Assembly (NCBI GenBank): GCA_030059675.1
Contig: JANVYQ010000003.1
Coordinates: 128,001 to 192,000, forward strand
Length of the DNA stretch: 64,000 nucleotides
Direction of reading: 5' to 3'
From: Candidatus Pelearchaeum maunauluense
GTDB taxonomy: Archaea > Thermoproteota > Nitrososphaeria_A > Caldarchaeales > Caldarchaeaceae
A program made the translations under genes and the position numbers. Of this stretch, positions 48,104 to 57,652 are shown in pieces; positions within the stretch are counted from its first letter, which is position 1, and every line of letters starts with the position of its first letter. The notes beneath the pieces were generated by a model, which saw nothing but the letters and a program-made list of their open reading frames with translations, did not search any database and was not told the DNA's origin.

Positions 48104-49297
48104 TTAGCGCTTCATTACCAAGACTGAAGATGCTTGCATTAGGTCTCCCCATGCTTGGCATAGCCCAACCTCTACGTCCCGTCTCACTTGACGCTTGCCT
48201 GCTTCGCCTCTCAACTGCCAGAATATCTCGCAGACCTTCATCATGCCAGCCGCAGCTATCGGATTCCCAACGCCCAGAAGACCGCCTGAGGGATTTACAG
48301 GCAGGTCCCCATCACGCTCAGTAACACCATCCTCCAACAACCTAGGAGCCTCACCACGGCCACATAGCTGAAGCCCCTCCATGTGATGCAGCTCCTTATA
48401 TGTGAATGGATCGTAAACCTCAGCTACGTGCACTTGCTTGCGCGGGTTCTCTATCCCCGCCATCTTATACGCCTGCTTGGCCGCCTTCTCAAGGTAGAGT
48501 GGATACTTGAGGTCGCGGTTGGTCCAGTAGGCGGTGTCCAGGTTCCAGCCAACGCCAGCTATCCATACTGGGTTGTCGGTCAGCTTCTTAGCCACCCGCT
48601 CGGATGCCAGGATAACCGCCGCGGCGCCGTCGCTGGGAGGGCTTACATCAAGCCTATTAACAGGCCAGGCTATCACCTCGGAGTTTAGCACGTCATCAAC
48701 CGTTATGTTTCCAGCAAGCTGGGCGCATGGGTGGTCTAGAGCGTTCCTCTTATTCTTAACAGCTACGCGCGCTATCTGCTCCTTCCTAATACCATAGGAA
48801 TGCATGTAGCGGTTCATCTCCAGCGCGAATATCCAGAGCAGATTTACCCCCAGTGGTCTCTCTAGCGAGTGGTGGAATATTGTCCAGAACGCTTTCTGGG
48901 GATGCGGCTGGTGTGGCGACATCTTCTCCTCAGCTACGCATAGACATATGTCTGATAGTCCAGAAGCCACGTGCCACCATCCAGCTATTGGTGTGAATAC
49001 CCCAGTAGCGCCGCCTATGAATACCCTTACATGAGGCTTCTTGATGGCTCCAGCGCCCTCCAGCAGGTATTCGCTCTTCATGTGAATCCCGTCAAAGGCG
49101 TCTGGTGCGGTTCCCGTAACTACCGTATCAACGTCCTTGAGGGTTATCCCAGCAGAGTCCAGCGCCATCTTCGCTGCCTCGTATGAGAGCTCTCGCCCCT
49201 CCTCCAGAAGTCTGCGCCTGAAGAGCGTTATGCCAGCCCCTATAACCGCAACCCTACGCTTCGCAGCCATGGACAGCCCCTCAATACTCCTAAACAC
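48104..49297 (-). CDS. SCP2-type thiolase-fold protein
   Basis: EEKMS, KNKRNA, SDGAAA, EVYDPF and NPSGGLL motifs; GGATG where the catalytic Cys normally lies. Confidence 0.9.
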   Translation of the reverse strand: MFRSIEGLSMAAKRRVAVIGAGITLFRRRLLEEGRELSYEAAKMALDSAGITLKDVDTVVTGTAPDAFDGIHMKSEYLLEGAGAIKKPHVRVFIGGATGVFTPIAGWWHVASGLSDICLCVAEEKMSPHQPHPQKAFWTIFHHSLERPLGVNLLWIFALEMNRYMHSYGIRKEQIARVAVKNKRNALDHPCAQLAGNITVDDVLNSEVIAWPVNRLDVSPPSDGAAAVILASERVAKKLTDNPVWIAGVGWNLDTAYWTNRDLKYPLYLEKAAKQAYKMAGIENPRKQVHVAEVYDPFTYKELHHMEGLQLCGRGEAPRLLEDGVTERDGDLPVNPSGGLLGVGNPIAAAGMMKVCEIFWQLRGEAGKRQVRRDVEVGLCQAWGDLMQASSVLVMKR

Positions 49298-49518
49298 TAC
49301 TTGATAAGCCCTTTCTCCTTGGCGCGTTTCATCACATTCCGCACAACTTCAACAGCATCCATCAAGCGCTTCCTCTCATCCTCGGTCAATAACTGCATCT
49401 CAACAGCCAGGGGAGAGTCAATCAGCAACTTTAGGTTTATCATGGCATTACCTATGCTGGAGCGGAGGACTTCAAGCTTATGCTCCTCCGACCACCTGCC
49501 AGGCCTTATCAAGGACAT
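49297..49518 (-). CDS. Small helical hypothetical protein between two thiolase-fold genes
   Basis: 73 aa, ATG preceded by GGGAGAG, abuts the downstream thiolase gene. Confidence 0.7.
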   Translation of the reverse strand: MSLIRPGRWSEEHKLEVLRSSIGNAMINLKLLIDSPLAVEMQLLTEDERKRLMDAVEVVRNVMKRAKEKGLIK

Positions 49519-49563
49519 CTCTCCCAGCTATCGTTCTCCTTTAAAGAGTTCCCGAAGCAACCG

Positions 49564-50691
49564 CTATGTGGATAGTATTAGCACAGTGCATGAAGCAGTT
49601 ATCGGCGGACTGCATGAGAGGACTGCGCAGGTCTCGGCATCTTCAAGCTGCGCCGCTCCCGCCTGGCCCCTTAGCTGCATAACTGCCTCATAGACGCGTG
49701 ACGCCCCACTGGCTTCTAGGAGGTCTCCCATCCCTAGAGAGCCGCCCGAAACGTTAACGGGTATGTCGGTCTCAAAGCTGCGCTTTCTTCTACCACCTAT
49801 TCCAAGAGCCTCACTAGCTTGTAGCTGTTTGAAGCTAATCCTATCCTCCACCTCCGCAAAGTCCAGCTGACGCGCTGGGCGTGTTATCTTAGCCATCTTC
49901 AGAGCCTTCGCAGCTGCGAGCCGCATATAATCAAAGCTCGCTGGATTACGGTTCTCCACCATTAGTGTTTCTGAACACCAGCCGACGCCCGTGATGTAGA
50001 TTGGAGTATCAGTAATCCTCCTAGCCTTCCTAGCGTTTGCTAGTATGAAGACGATAGCCCCGTCAGAAGGCTGGGCGAAGTCAAGCTCACTCAGGGGGCT
50101 GTATGTCTCAGGCCTGGCTAAAGCCTCCTCTAGTGAGATGTCTGCACCATAGGGCGCCCTAGGGTTCCTGAGAGCGTTCCTCTTATTCTCAGATACAACA
50201 CGCGCAAGAGCTTCTCTCCCCAGGCCGCGCTCCTCAAGATAGCGCTTAGCCTCAAGCGCAGCGAGAGCAGGGACGCTCAAACCCAGCTGGCGGTGATAGA
50301 GCGGGTCCAGCGCAAGCTCATAAACCTCGGCGAGGCTCTTCACCTCTGATGGCTTTCCATGAGCTGCCACAACGGCTACATCAAACACGCCAGTAGCTAT
50401 CTGCATGTAAGCATTAACCAAGCCTTGGATACCGTCTCCAGAGACGGTGCATATCGTCCTGAGAGCGGCGCCGAGCTGGTCTGGGCTGTACTCGCTGGTT
50501 ATGCTATACCCCTCCCAGAAGTCCTGCTGGCAGTGGATAAACGTATCCACATCGCGGCGCGGGTTTAGGCTAGTCTCTGCAAAAGCCCGCGAAGCTGCCT
50601 CAAAATCCATCTCCCTGAAGTCCATCTCATCTATACGCTGCCTATAGCCGACCTGCCCAACACCCACTATCGCTACCTTCCCACTCAACAC
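49564..50691 (-). CDS. SCP2-type thiolase-fold protein (divergent paralogue)
   Basis: VAIVGVG, ENKRNA, SDGA, EVED and NVSGGSL motifs; no catalytic Cys. Confidence 0.88.
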   Translation of the reverse strand: MLSGKVAIVGVGQVGYRQRIDEMDFREMDFEAASRAFAETSLNPRRDVDTFIHCQQDFWEGYSITSEYSPDQLGAALRTICTVSGDGIQGLVNAYMQIATGVFDVAVVAAHGKPSEVKSLAEVYELALDPLYHRQLGLSVPALAALEAKRYLEERGLGREALARVVSENKRNALRNPRAPYGADISLEEALARPETYSPLSELDFAQPSDGAIVFILANARKARRITDTPIYITGVGWCSETLMVENRNPASFDYMRLAAAKALKMAKITRPARQLDFAEVEDRISFKQLQASEALGIGGRRKRSFETDIPVNVSGGSLGMGDLLEASGASRVYEAVMQLRGQAGAAQLEDAETCAVLSCSPPITASCTVLILST

Positions 50692-50779
50692 CCGCGAATG
50701 ATGTTAGGCGTTTATTATCTCTTAACGGGGGAAAGTTATTTTTGTAGGCGCGTTCTCATCGGCTTGTCGTGTAGGTGTA

Positions 50780-51550
50780 ATGCCCGTCAACATAATAATG
50801 GTCTTCATACTGGCCGCCGCCTCAGCTTCGTTAGGTGCTTTGATAGGCGCTGGCGGTGGGTTCATCTTCGTCCCGATAATGCTCTACCTAGGCTACCCAC
50901 CGCAGCAAGCAGTGAGCACCAGCCTCGTTATGGTCTTCTTCAACGCCCTTTCATCGTCCTCAGTATACTATCGCCAGAAGAGGCTCAACCTCACAAGAGC
51001 GGCCAGCCTAGGCGTCTTAACCCTGCCAGGAGCTGTAATTGGTGGATACACGCTCACATACCTCAACCCAGGAACGTTTAAGCTCATCTTCGGCGCTTTC
51101 CTCGCGTCGGCAGCTCTTTATATGGTTGTGAGGAGCGGGCATAGGTCTTCCACCGTGTTTAGAGCTGATGAGATGGATAGGGCGCCGAGGATAAAGCTCG
51201 GCTACCCGCTGGCGGCAGCCAGCGGGTTTGTATCCAGCATGTTCGGAGTTGGGGGAGGGATACTCCTAGTCCCAGCATTCATACACATCATAAACCTGCC
51301 AACACACATAGCCACAGCCACAAGCCAGTTCATAACAGCCTTCGCATCAGGCTTCGGCTTCACCACAATAACATCCCTGGGAGGCGCCGACGTAGCTTTG
51401 CTGCCGGCAGCAGCCCTAGCTGGAGTAGCAGGCGTCCAAGCAGGAGCCAGAATAAGCAAGCGCGTAAGAGCGCGTATAATAGAGATAATCGCGGGGCTCG
51501 CGCTCTTCACAGTGGCGGTCAACCTTATAGCAGGCTCTCTCACCGCCTAG
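50780..51550 (+). CDS. TauE/SafE family sulfite exporter
   Basis: GAGGG...VP, AVSTSL, GVGGG...VP, ATATS. Confidence 0.92.
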   Translation: MPVNIIMVFILAAASASLGALIGAGGGFIFVPIMLYLGYPPQQAVSTSLVMVFFNALSSSSVYYRQKRLNLTRAASLGVLTLPGAVIGGYTLTYLNPGTFKLIFGAFLASAALYMVVRSGHRSSTVFRADEMDRAPRIKLGYPLAAASGFVSSMFGVGGGILLVPAFIHIINLPTHIATATSQFITAFASGFGFTTITSLGGADVALLPAAALAGVAGVQAGARISKRVRARIIEIIAGLALFTVAVNLIAGSLTA

Positions 51551-51725
51551 ACCCGCATGAGCCAGAGAGACAACCAGGGCACACACAATCCCTAGCAAGG
51601 AGGGAAAGCTCCCGCCGTCTCTCCTCAGAAACCTCAATAGAAGCACACCAACAAGAACCATCATACAACCCACACTCAAAACTACAGCCACAAGCCCCGC
51701 AGACAACCTTACGCGGCACAAACAC
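51540..51725 (-). CDS. Cysteine-rich CWC family protein
   Basis: CGACGCSFEC...CWC...DCVCPGCL. Confidence 0.82.
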   Translation of the reverse strand: MFVPRKVVCGACGCSFECGLYDGSCWCASIEVSEERRRELSLLARDCVCPGCLSGSCGSRR

Positions 51726-51753
51726 AACAACACAAAAAGGAAGATTATAAACA

Positions 51754-51825
51754 TGGACCGGCGGGGATTTGAACCCCGGACCTCCCGCGTGCGAGGCGGG
51801 CGATCTTCCGCTGATCTACCGGCCC
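51754..51825 (-). tRNA. tRNA-Ala(CGC)
   Basis: GGGCCGG/CCGGTCC acceptor stem with G3:U70, CCCGC-CT-CGC-AC-GCGGG anticodon arm. Confidence 0.96.
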
Positions 51826-51885
51826 TCCCTTGTTGTGGTGTTTGTTTAGCTGGTCTTAACTGTTGCGGTTGTAAGTCTTAATATT

Positions 51886-52356
51886 GTGTTGGGTCTGGTT
51901 ATGGCTGGGTGTTTGGTGGGGGCTTTGGGTGTAGATTTGGCTAGTAGGGATGTTTATGAGAAGTTGCTTGACATGGCGTTGGAGAGGGTGTCTAAGACTG
52001 TGGCCAGGGCTGGTGATAGGGCGTTGGAGCTTAGGCCGACGCTTATCCAGGGTGGGAGGAATATCGTCTTGACGAACTTGGGGCAGATAGCGAAGACGCT
52101 TAACCGCGAGCCTGAGCATCTTGCTAGGTTTATTTTGAAGGAGACTGGCAGGGCTGGGGCTGTTGAGGATGATAGACTCAACATTCAGGGTAGGATAACT
52201 CCAGAGGAGGTGCGTAAGCTCCTAGAGCTTTACATAAAGGAGTTTGTTAAATGCCCCATCTGTGGAGGTATAGACACAAAGCTGGTGAGCGAGAAGCGGT
52301 TTAGGTTTGTTGTATGTGAGGTCTGTGGTGCTAAGAACCCAGTACGCAGGATATAG
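51886..52356 (+). CDS. eif2b: Translation initiation factor aIF2 beta
   Basis: YEKLLD, LNREPEH, EFVKCPICG, CEVCGA; likely start is the TTG at 51937. Confidence 0.93.
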   Translation: MLGLVMAGCLVGALGVDLASRDVYEKLLDMALERVSKTVARAGDRALELRPTLIQGGRNIVLTNLGQIAKTLNREPEHLARFILKETGRAGAVEDDRLNIQGRITPEEVRKLLELYIKEFVKCPICGGIDTKLVSEKRFRFVVCEVCGAKNPVRRI

Positions 52357-52407
52357 GGAGCGTGAATATTTTTTATTCGCTAGAGCTATAAAGGGAGTAA
52401 GACGGAG

Positions 52408-52716
52408 ATGGCTGAGGAGCGGTGCTGGGTTAAGGTGCATCACTCAAGGACTGGCGAGGTTGTCGTGGCTATCTGCGATAGCGAGCTACTCGGCAAACGC
52501 CTAAAGCTCTCGGAAGGCGTTTACGTGGATGTCAGCAAGTCTTTCTACGGCGGGATGCTGCTAAACGCGGACGAGCTGGATAAATACATCAAGCAAGGGA
52601 CCATAGTCAACCTCCTAGGCGAGCGCGCCGTTAATGTTGCCGTTAAGATGGGCCTGGTGAGGGAGAGCGCAGTAGTAATGATAGACGGCGTGTCTCACAT
52701 CCAAATATTCCTCTAG
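52408..52716 (+). CDS. DUF424 family protein
   Basis: VVAICDSELLGK, FYGG, VNLLGERAV. Confidence 0.9.
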   Translation: MAEERCWVKVHHSRTGEVVVAICDSELLGKRLKLSEGVYVDVSKSFYGGMLLNADELDKYIKQGTIVNLLGERAVNVAVKMGLVRESAVVMIDGVSHIQIFL

Positions 52717-52735
52717 CTCCTCATTATCTCCTGGG

Positions 52736-53071
52736 TTGAGGCTATCAGAGCTTCAGAGGCGTGTTCTTGAGTTTGAGAAGGCGCGGGGCTGGGATAAGTT
52801 TAGAGAGTCGCTGATATACGCCCATCTTATAGAGGAGATAACAGAGGTGGGTAGGTTTATCCTTGAACGCGAGGGGTATAAGCTCCAAGACCTTGGGCAT
52901 GCCCCAACAGATGGGGATGTGGATAGCGAATTTGCGCAGGCGTTGAGCCTCTTCATACAGCTGGCGAATAGGTTTAACGTTGATTTGGAGAAAGCGGTTG
53001 AGGATGAGATGAGCAGGATGGAGCGGAGATTTCCAGCCGAGGAGTGGAGGCGAAGACTAGGCTCACGATAG
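52736..53071 (+). CDS. MazG-like nucleotide pyrophosphohydrolase
   Basis: LSELQ, EEITEV, EFAQ, LAN..NVDLE. Confidence 0.8.
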   Translation: MRLSELQRRVLEFEKARGWDKFRESLIYAHLIEEITEVGRFILEREGYKLQDLGHAPTDGDVDSEFAQALSLFIQLANRFNVDLEKAVEDEMSRMERRFPAEEWRRRLGSR

Positions 53072-53078
53072 GTTCTTG

Positions 53079-54326
53079 CTATTTCTTCCTCCCCAGCCTC
53101 ATGTGCGCATCCGCTAGGTGGTGCGCTGCAAGGGCTGAGAGTAGGCTAAGCTCGCCTGCCAGCACTGTTGCTGCCACAATCTCGGCGAATTTCAGCGCGT
53201 TAGTCCCTGGAGGCTCACCACCCCCAGCCACGCCGATTATCTCAAGAGCCTTCCTCTGCGTTGGGAGAGACGTGCCACCGCCGACTGTTCCCACCTCAAG
53301 CGTTGGCAGAGTTATTGAGATGTAGAGGTCCCCATCGTCAAGCTCTTCGCAGTAGGTTATGCAGTGGGAGCTATCAACTACCTGAGCCAGGTCCTGACCA
53401 GTAGCTAGGAAGAGCGCCGCTATCACGTTGGCTACATGCGCGTTGAACCCGCCCAAGACGCCTGCACGACCGCTTCCCAGATACAGCTTACGCAGCACAA
53501 CCTCAACTATCCTGTCAGGTGTTGTCTTGAGCTTCTTCTCCACAGTCTCGCGGCTTACCACCGCCTCTGCAATAACCGACTTGCCGCGGCCAAGAACCCA
53601 GTTTATCGCGGCAGCTTTCTTGTCTGTGCATAGATTGCCGCTCAGGGAGACGTTCTCAACCCATGGAAGGTTTTCGTGGATAAACCGCGAAACCTCGTCG
53701 GTTGCCTTCACTATCATATTCATCCCCATAGCATCCCCAGATGAGGCCTCAAACCGCAGGAAAACCGTCCTCCCCACAACATACGGCCTTATCCGCAAAA
53801 GCCTCCCATGCCTAGTCGTGGATTCAAAAACCTCCTTAATTTTGCCAAAGTTATCTTCAACCCATTCTATGAACTCTACCGCCTTCTCTAGGCTTGGTGT
53901 TTTGAAGACGGGGGCTCTCGTTATTTTATCATCCAGCACCTTTACCACTGCCCCTCCAGACTCGGTTATTGCTGATGCCCCCCTATTCACCGAAGCAACC
54001 AGAGCGCCCTCGGTTGTTGCTAGAGGTATGAGATACTCGCCAGAGGCATGGTCTCCCCGCACCTTCAGCGGCCCAGCAATACCCATGGGCACCTTAACGC
54101 ATCCTATCGTGTTCTCACAGTTTCGCCCAACTACGTCGTTGAAGTCTACGACGTTATCATCCAGCGGAGATAGGTCAAGGTGTGATATCTCTTCTATGGC
54201 TCTCCTCCTGACGCGTGTCGCCACGTTACTGTCTTTTACATGCTTCTCAACCTCATGCAGCCTTACCTCTCCCCTTAAGATACGTTTTACCAACTCGTCA
54301 ATCTCTGTTACCGTCATTCGCGGCAC
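53079..54326 (-). CDS. hmgA: HMG-CoA reductase (class I, NADPH)
   Basis: CENTIG, PLATTEGAL, GDAMGMN, SGNLCTDKK, GQD and GTVGGGT motifs. Confidence 0.97.
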   Translation of the reverse strand: MPRMTVTEIDELVKRILRGEVRLHEVEKHVKDSNVATRVRRRAIEEISHLDLSPLDDNVVDFNDVVGRNCENTIGCVKVPMGIAGPLKVRGDHASGEYLIPLATTEGALVASVNRGASAITESGGAVVKVLDDKITRAPVFKTPSLEKAVEFIEWVEDNFGKIKEVFESTTRHGRLLRIRPYVVGRTVFLRFEASSGDAMGMNMIVKATDEVSRFIHENLPWVENVSLSGNLCTDKKAAAINWVLGRGKSVIAEAVVSRETVEKKLKTTPDRIVEVVLRKLYLGSGRAGVLGGFNAHVANVIAALFLATGQDLAQVVDSSHCITYCEELDDGDLYISITLPTLEVGTVGGGTSLPTQRKALEIIGVAGGGEPPGTNALKFAEIVAATVLAGELSLLSALAAHHLADAHMRLGRKK

Positions 54327-54360
54327 CGTCTCCCTTTCCTAGTGGGTTAGTGCATCTAGA

Positions 54361-55032
54361 TTAAGTTAGTTTCCCTGCTTGGAGGAGTGTCAAACCAGCG
54401 GCGAGGGCTGCGTAGCTTGCTGTCTGGGGGTCTTTCGCTCCAGCTATTATTATCACATCCTCCTCGCCTGGCTTAAACTCGCGTGAGATGTCCTCGGCTA
54501 GCTTCGGTTGCTCGCTTGTTATGTTGCTCTCTGGCGGCATGAGGAGCTTCCCGTCCCTGAATACGAAGATAAGGGCTGCGTCTGCGCCAGCTTTTACGGC
54601 GGCGTCGCGCTCATTCACCCCGCTCCTAACCACCTCGCCTAGGCCCCTGACCACGACCCCAGCGGCATATCTGGCTTTTATCGGGAGCTCAAACCCTACA
54701 AGACGGGGGCCGAATAGCTGCGACGACAAAGCGCTGTAAAGCTCACGGCCAACATCGCTAAGCCCATGCCCACCCCTGCTCATGCTCACAAGGCCCAGAC
54801 GACCTAGACGCTGGAGAATCGTCCTTATAGAGCCCTCACCAAGCCCCATGCTCTCAGAAAGCCTCTTCCTCCCCAAGGGCCCGCGCTCGCCCAGTATTAG
54901 GAGAACATACAAGAGGTGCTGGGGTTTAAACGCTGGCGCGGGGCCCTTAGGGCTTATCGTGCTGAGCGTCTCAAGAAGCTGCCTTATCGCGCTGGGGCCG
55001 CGCAATATCAACCACCGCAGGGCTACAGGCAA
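54361..55032 (-). CDS. HTH protein with DUF4443-like C-terminal domain
   Basis: GPLGRKRLSESMGLGEGSIRTIL; GVNERDAAVKAGA. Confidence 0.8.
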   Translation of the reverse strand: MPVALRWLILRGPSAIRQLLETLSTISPKGPAPAFKPQHLLYVLLILGERGPLGRKRLSESMGLGEGSIRTILQRLGRLGLVSMSRGGHGLSDVGRELYSALSSQLFGPRLVGFELPIKARYAAGVVVRGLGEVVRSGVNERDAAVKAGADAALIFVFRDGKLLMPPESNITSEQPKLAEDISREFKPGEEDVIIIAGAKDPQTASYAALAAGLTLLQAGKLT

Positions 55033-55052
55033 GAATTGGTGTTAGCCAGTTC

Positions 55053-55964
55053 TTAAGCAGGAAGGGAGAGAGCTCTGAGAATCCATGAGCGCGGGCTAGC
55101 GTCAAGGTCGTCTAAGTCCTGGCCAACCCCCACGAAGATTAGGGGCTTTCCCGTTATCTGCGTTATGGAGATGGCCGAACCCCCCTTCGCGTCAGCATCC
55201 AGCTTGGCCAGGATAACGTAGTCAATCCCGACATACTCGTTGAACTTGCGCGCCTGCTCAGCCGCCACATTACCAGAGAGAGCATCACCGACATAAATCA
55301 CGAAATCAGGCCGCGTAACCCTCTTTATCTTCCGCATCTCCTCAAGCAGCCCCTCGTCAACCTCTGTTCTGCCAGCGGTGTCTATGAGCACTACAGGTAT
55401 CCTTCTGGCCTCGGCGCTTCTTATGGCGTCTACCGCAACAGCCGCTGGGTCTGCTCCGTAGTGCTGGCTAACAACCCAGAACCCATGCTTCTCGGCTAGG
55501 CTCCGTAGCTGCTCAATCGCCCCAGCCCTGAAGGTGTCCGAACAAGCTATGACCGAGGAAAACCCATTCTTACGCAGGTAGTTGGCTATCTTAACCACGG
55601 TAGTCGTCTTACCCCCGCCGTTTGGGCCTACGAAGAGTATGACCGTAGCCTTTCCCCTACGCTGGTTCTCCCTAATCTTCTCCACAATCTCCTTAGGATT
55701 GGATTCCAGAACCAGGTCTTGGATGGTCTTTGAGATGGCTTCTCTAATCAAATCGCTGGAATTGCCAAACCTGGGGACTTTAACTTGTCTTAGCTCGTTC
55801 TTGAGCGAGCTGGCTATCCTGTCTATAACCTCCAGCGCCACGTCATTAGCTGCTAGATGCAGCTCCAGCTGCGATATCGCCTCATCTATATCCTTCTCTG
55901 ATAGGCTTGTTGTCTTTATCCTCTCCGCGAGGCCTGCAAAGGTCTTCTTAAGCCCCTCCAACAT
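55053..55964 (-). CDS. ftsY: SRP receptor FtsY
   Basis: GPNGGGKTTT, DTFRAGA, DTAGR, KLDADAKGG, GVGQ. Confidence 0.96.
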   Translation of the reverse strand: MLEGLKKTFAGLAERIKTTSLSEKDIDEAISQLELHLAANDVALEVIDRIASSLKNELRQVKVPRFGNSSDLIREAISKTIQDLVLESNPKEIVEKIRENQRRGKATVILFVGPNGGGKTTTVVKIANYLRKNGFSSVIACSDTFRAGAIEQLRSLAEKHGFWVVSQHYGADPAAVAVDAIRSAEARRIPVVLIDTAGRTEVDEGLLEEMRKIKRVTRPDFVIYVGDALSGNVAAEQARKFNEYVGIDYVILAKLDADAKGGSAISITQITGKPLIFVGVGQDLDDLDASPRSWILRALSLPA

Positions 55965-55966
55965 AA

Positions 55967-56416
55967 CTATCTTCCTTGCTGCTGCCTTGCTACGACGGTC
56001 TCTAGGAACTGCCGAAGCTCATACGCCCTCGCCACATATTCGTCCAGCCTCTTCGTCGTCTCTTCCCGCAGCTTCCTAAGCTCCTCCGTCCTTCTTATGA
56101 TTAGCTGCTGGCTCTCATCAAGAGACTTAACAAGAATGACACCCGCTCCAACGTTTACGTGGATATTCTCCACATTCACCAGCTCGCCCTTCACGAAGCT
56201 CCCAGCACCTATTGGGATTAGGATTGATAGAGAGCCCCCGTTCTTCTTTATCTCCTCAACGAGTTTTAGCGTCCTCTCATGCTCGTCCACAGCGCTGTCC
56301 AGCGTCATAACCCTGGCCTGCAGGTCTGAGATTAGGCGCTCCAGTAGCTGTAGCTCGGCCAGGGCTCTGTTTAGCTGCTCTTGAGAAGCCACACTAGTCC
56401 ACCTACCCGCTCTCAC
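55967..56416 (-). CDS. pfdA: Prefoldin alpha subunit
   Basis: Coiled coils flanking ILIPIGAG...VNVGAG; conserved gene order. Confidence 0.93.
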   Translation of the reverse strand: MRAGRWTSVASQEQLNRALAELQLLERLISDLQARVMTLDSAVDEHERTLKLVEEIKKNGGSLSILIPIGAGSFVKGELVNVENIHVNVGAGVILVKSLDESQQLIIRRTEELRKLREETTKRLDEYVARAYELRQFLETVVARQQQGR

Positions 56417-56443
56417 CTACCGTCTTCGTTAATAACCATTATG

Positions 56444-57112
56444 CTAGGGGCCGAAGGCTCGTGAGATTGCCAGAAGCTCTGGGCCTGTGGTTCTTGAGCC
56501 TACTATGGCGCCCTTCGTGTTAGCCAAGACACCGCTGCGCACAAATTTTACGCCGTCGTTAACGGTTCCTGGTGATGGCTCCACCTTTAGCACATCGCGT
56601 ATGAGCTGGGCGTCTTCCTTCTCCATGTCAACGTGAACCAGGGCTCCGCCGTTTGTCGCTACAGCGACGGAGCCGACGTAGCTGCGTGAGGCTATCTCAG
56701 CCTTAACAACCTCCACGCCCAGCGTCTCCTCCACCTGCCTAACCTCACTCCTACTCAGGGCAGGGCTAAGTATAGCGCCATGGTCGTTACAGAGTATCAG
56801 ATTCCCTATCGCCGTGAGCTTGGAGTTTAGGACCGCGATTCTAATTTCTGGAAGGCTTTTCCTTATCTGTTCAATCTCCTCATCAAGGGCTAGGCTTGTA
56901 AGTATTATTCCGTTGGAGTTAGCTGCCGCGAAGGGTGAGATGAGCGTGCTACCAGCAAGAACGGCTGGCACGGCTTTCACGCCTAGGGCTTCCTCGTAGA
57001 AGCGCATTTTACGCGGCAAGACTATACGGGAGATTATGAGGTATCTATCAGTTGCTAGGCCGAAGAGACCAACCTCAGCAGAGCCTCTTACAGAGTCTAG
57101 ATGAATCGCCAT
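56444..57112 (-). CDS. eif6: Translation initiation factor aIF6
   Basis: [30 protein letters not shown]. Confidence 0.95.
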   Translation of the reverse strand: MAIHLDSVRGSAEVGLFGLATDRYLIISRIVLPRKMRFYEEALGVKAVPAVLAGSTLISPFAAANSNGIILTSLALDEEIEQIRKSLPEIRIAVLNSKLTAIGNLILCNDHGAILSPALSRSEVRQVEETLGVEVVKAEIASRSYVGSVAVATNGGALVHVDMEKEDAQLIRDVLKVEPSPGTVNDGVKFVRSGVLANTKGAIVGSRTTGPELLAISRAFGP

Positions 57113-57117
57113 GCCAC

Positions 57118-57393
57118 CTACTCTTCCTTCTCCTCCACGGCCTCGCCCTCAAGCCTCACATAAACCGTGTCTTCCTCCTTCTCAAGCACGACCTTTATCC
57201 TACGGGGAGGGTGCCTAATTCCCCGCTCCCATATCTTCTGGGCTACTGCGGGGGATATCTTGACGTAGGGAGCCTTGCCATGCCTCCTGGCGAAGGCGCG
57301 TAGTATATTCATAGCTACCTTGGCTCTCCGCGCGGGTGCAGCCTTCCAGGCATCCCGCAACGGGACTACAAGGGTTTTGGTGTCTTCGCTCAT
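57118..57393 (-). CDS. rpl31e: 50S ribosomal protein L31e
   Basis: [20 protein letters not shown]. Confidence 0.95.
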   Translation of the reverse strand: MSEDTKTLVVPLRDAWKAAPARRAKVAMNILRAFARRHGKAPYVKISPAVAQKIWERGIRHPPRRIKVVLEKEEDTVYVRLEGEAVEEKEE

Positions 57394-57439
57394 CTTAAAG
57401 CCCTAGTGAAAGCGGTTTTTACCGCCTCTCTTTAAGGAT

Positions 57440-57589
57440 TTAGGGCTTAATAGAGCTCCGCCTCCATGAGCGCCGCCTGTTGGAGAACCTAACACGCCGC
57501 GCAGTCCGCGCTATCACCCACGTCGGGACCGGCCAAGCCCTCCTAGCGGCCTTCGCAAGCCGTTTTTTGAGGGAGAAAGTCCTAGGCAT
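57440..57589 (-). CDS. rpl39e: 50S ribosomal protein L39e
   Basis: Manual translation MPRTFSLKKRLAKAARRAWPVPTWVIART...RRSWRRSSIKP*. Confidence 0.93.
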   Translation of the reverse strand: MPRTFSLKKRLAKAARRAWPVPTWVIARTARRVRFSNRRRSWRRSSIKP

Positions 57590-57652
57590 AACCGCCCACA
57601 CCTATGTCGCACCAGTAAGACAATACACCGAGATTTTAATGGTTACTACTGC

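Noticed and set aside
53428-54342. 304-aa plus-strand ORF
   Set aside because: Antisense shadow of hmgA
57411-57425. Short hairpin GCGGT-TTTT-ACCGC between rpl39e and rpl31e
   Set aside because: A 5-bp stem is too short to distinguish from chance
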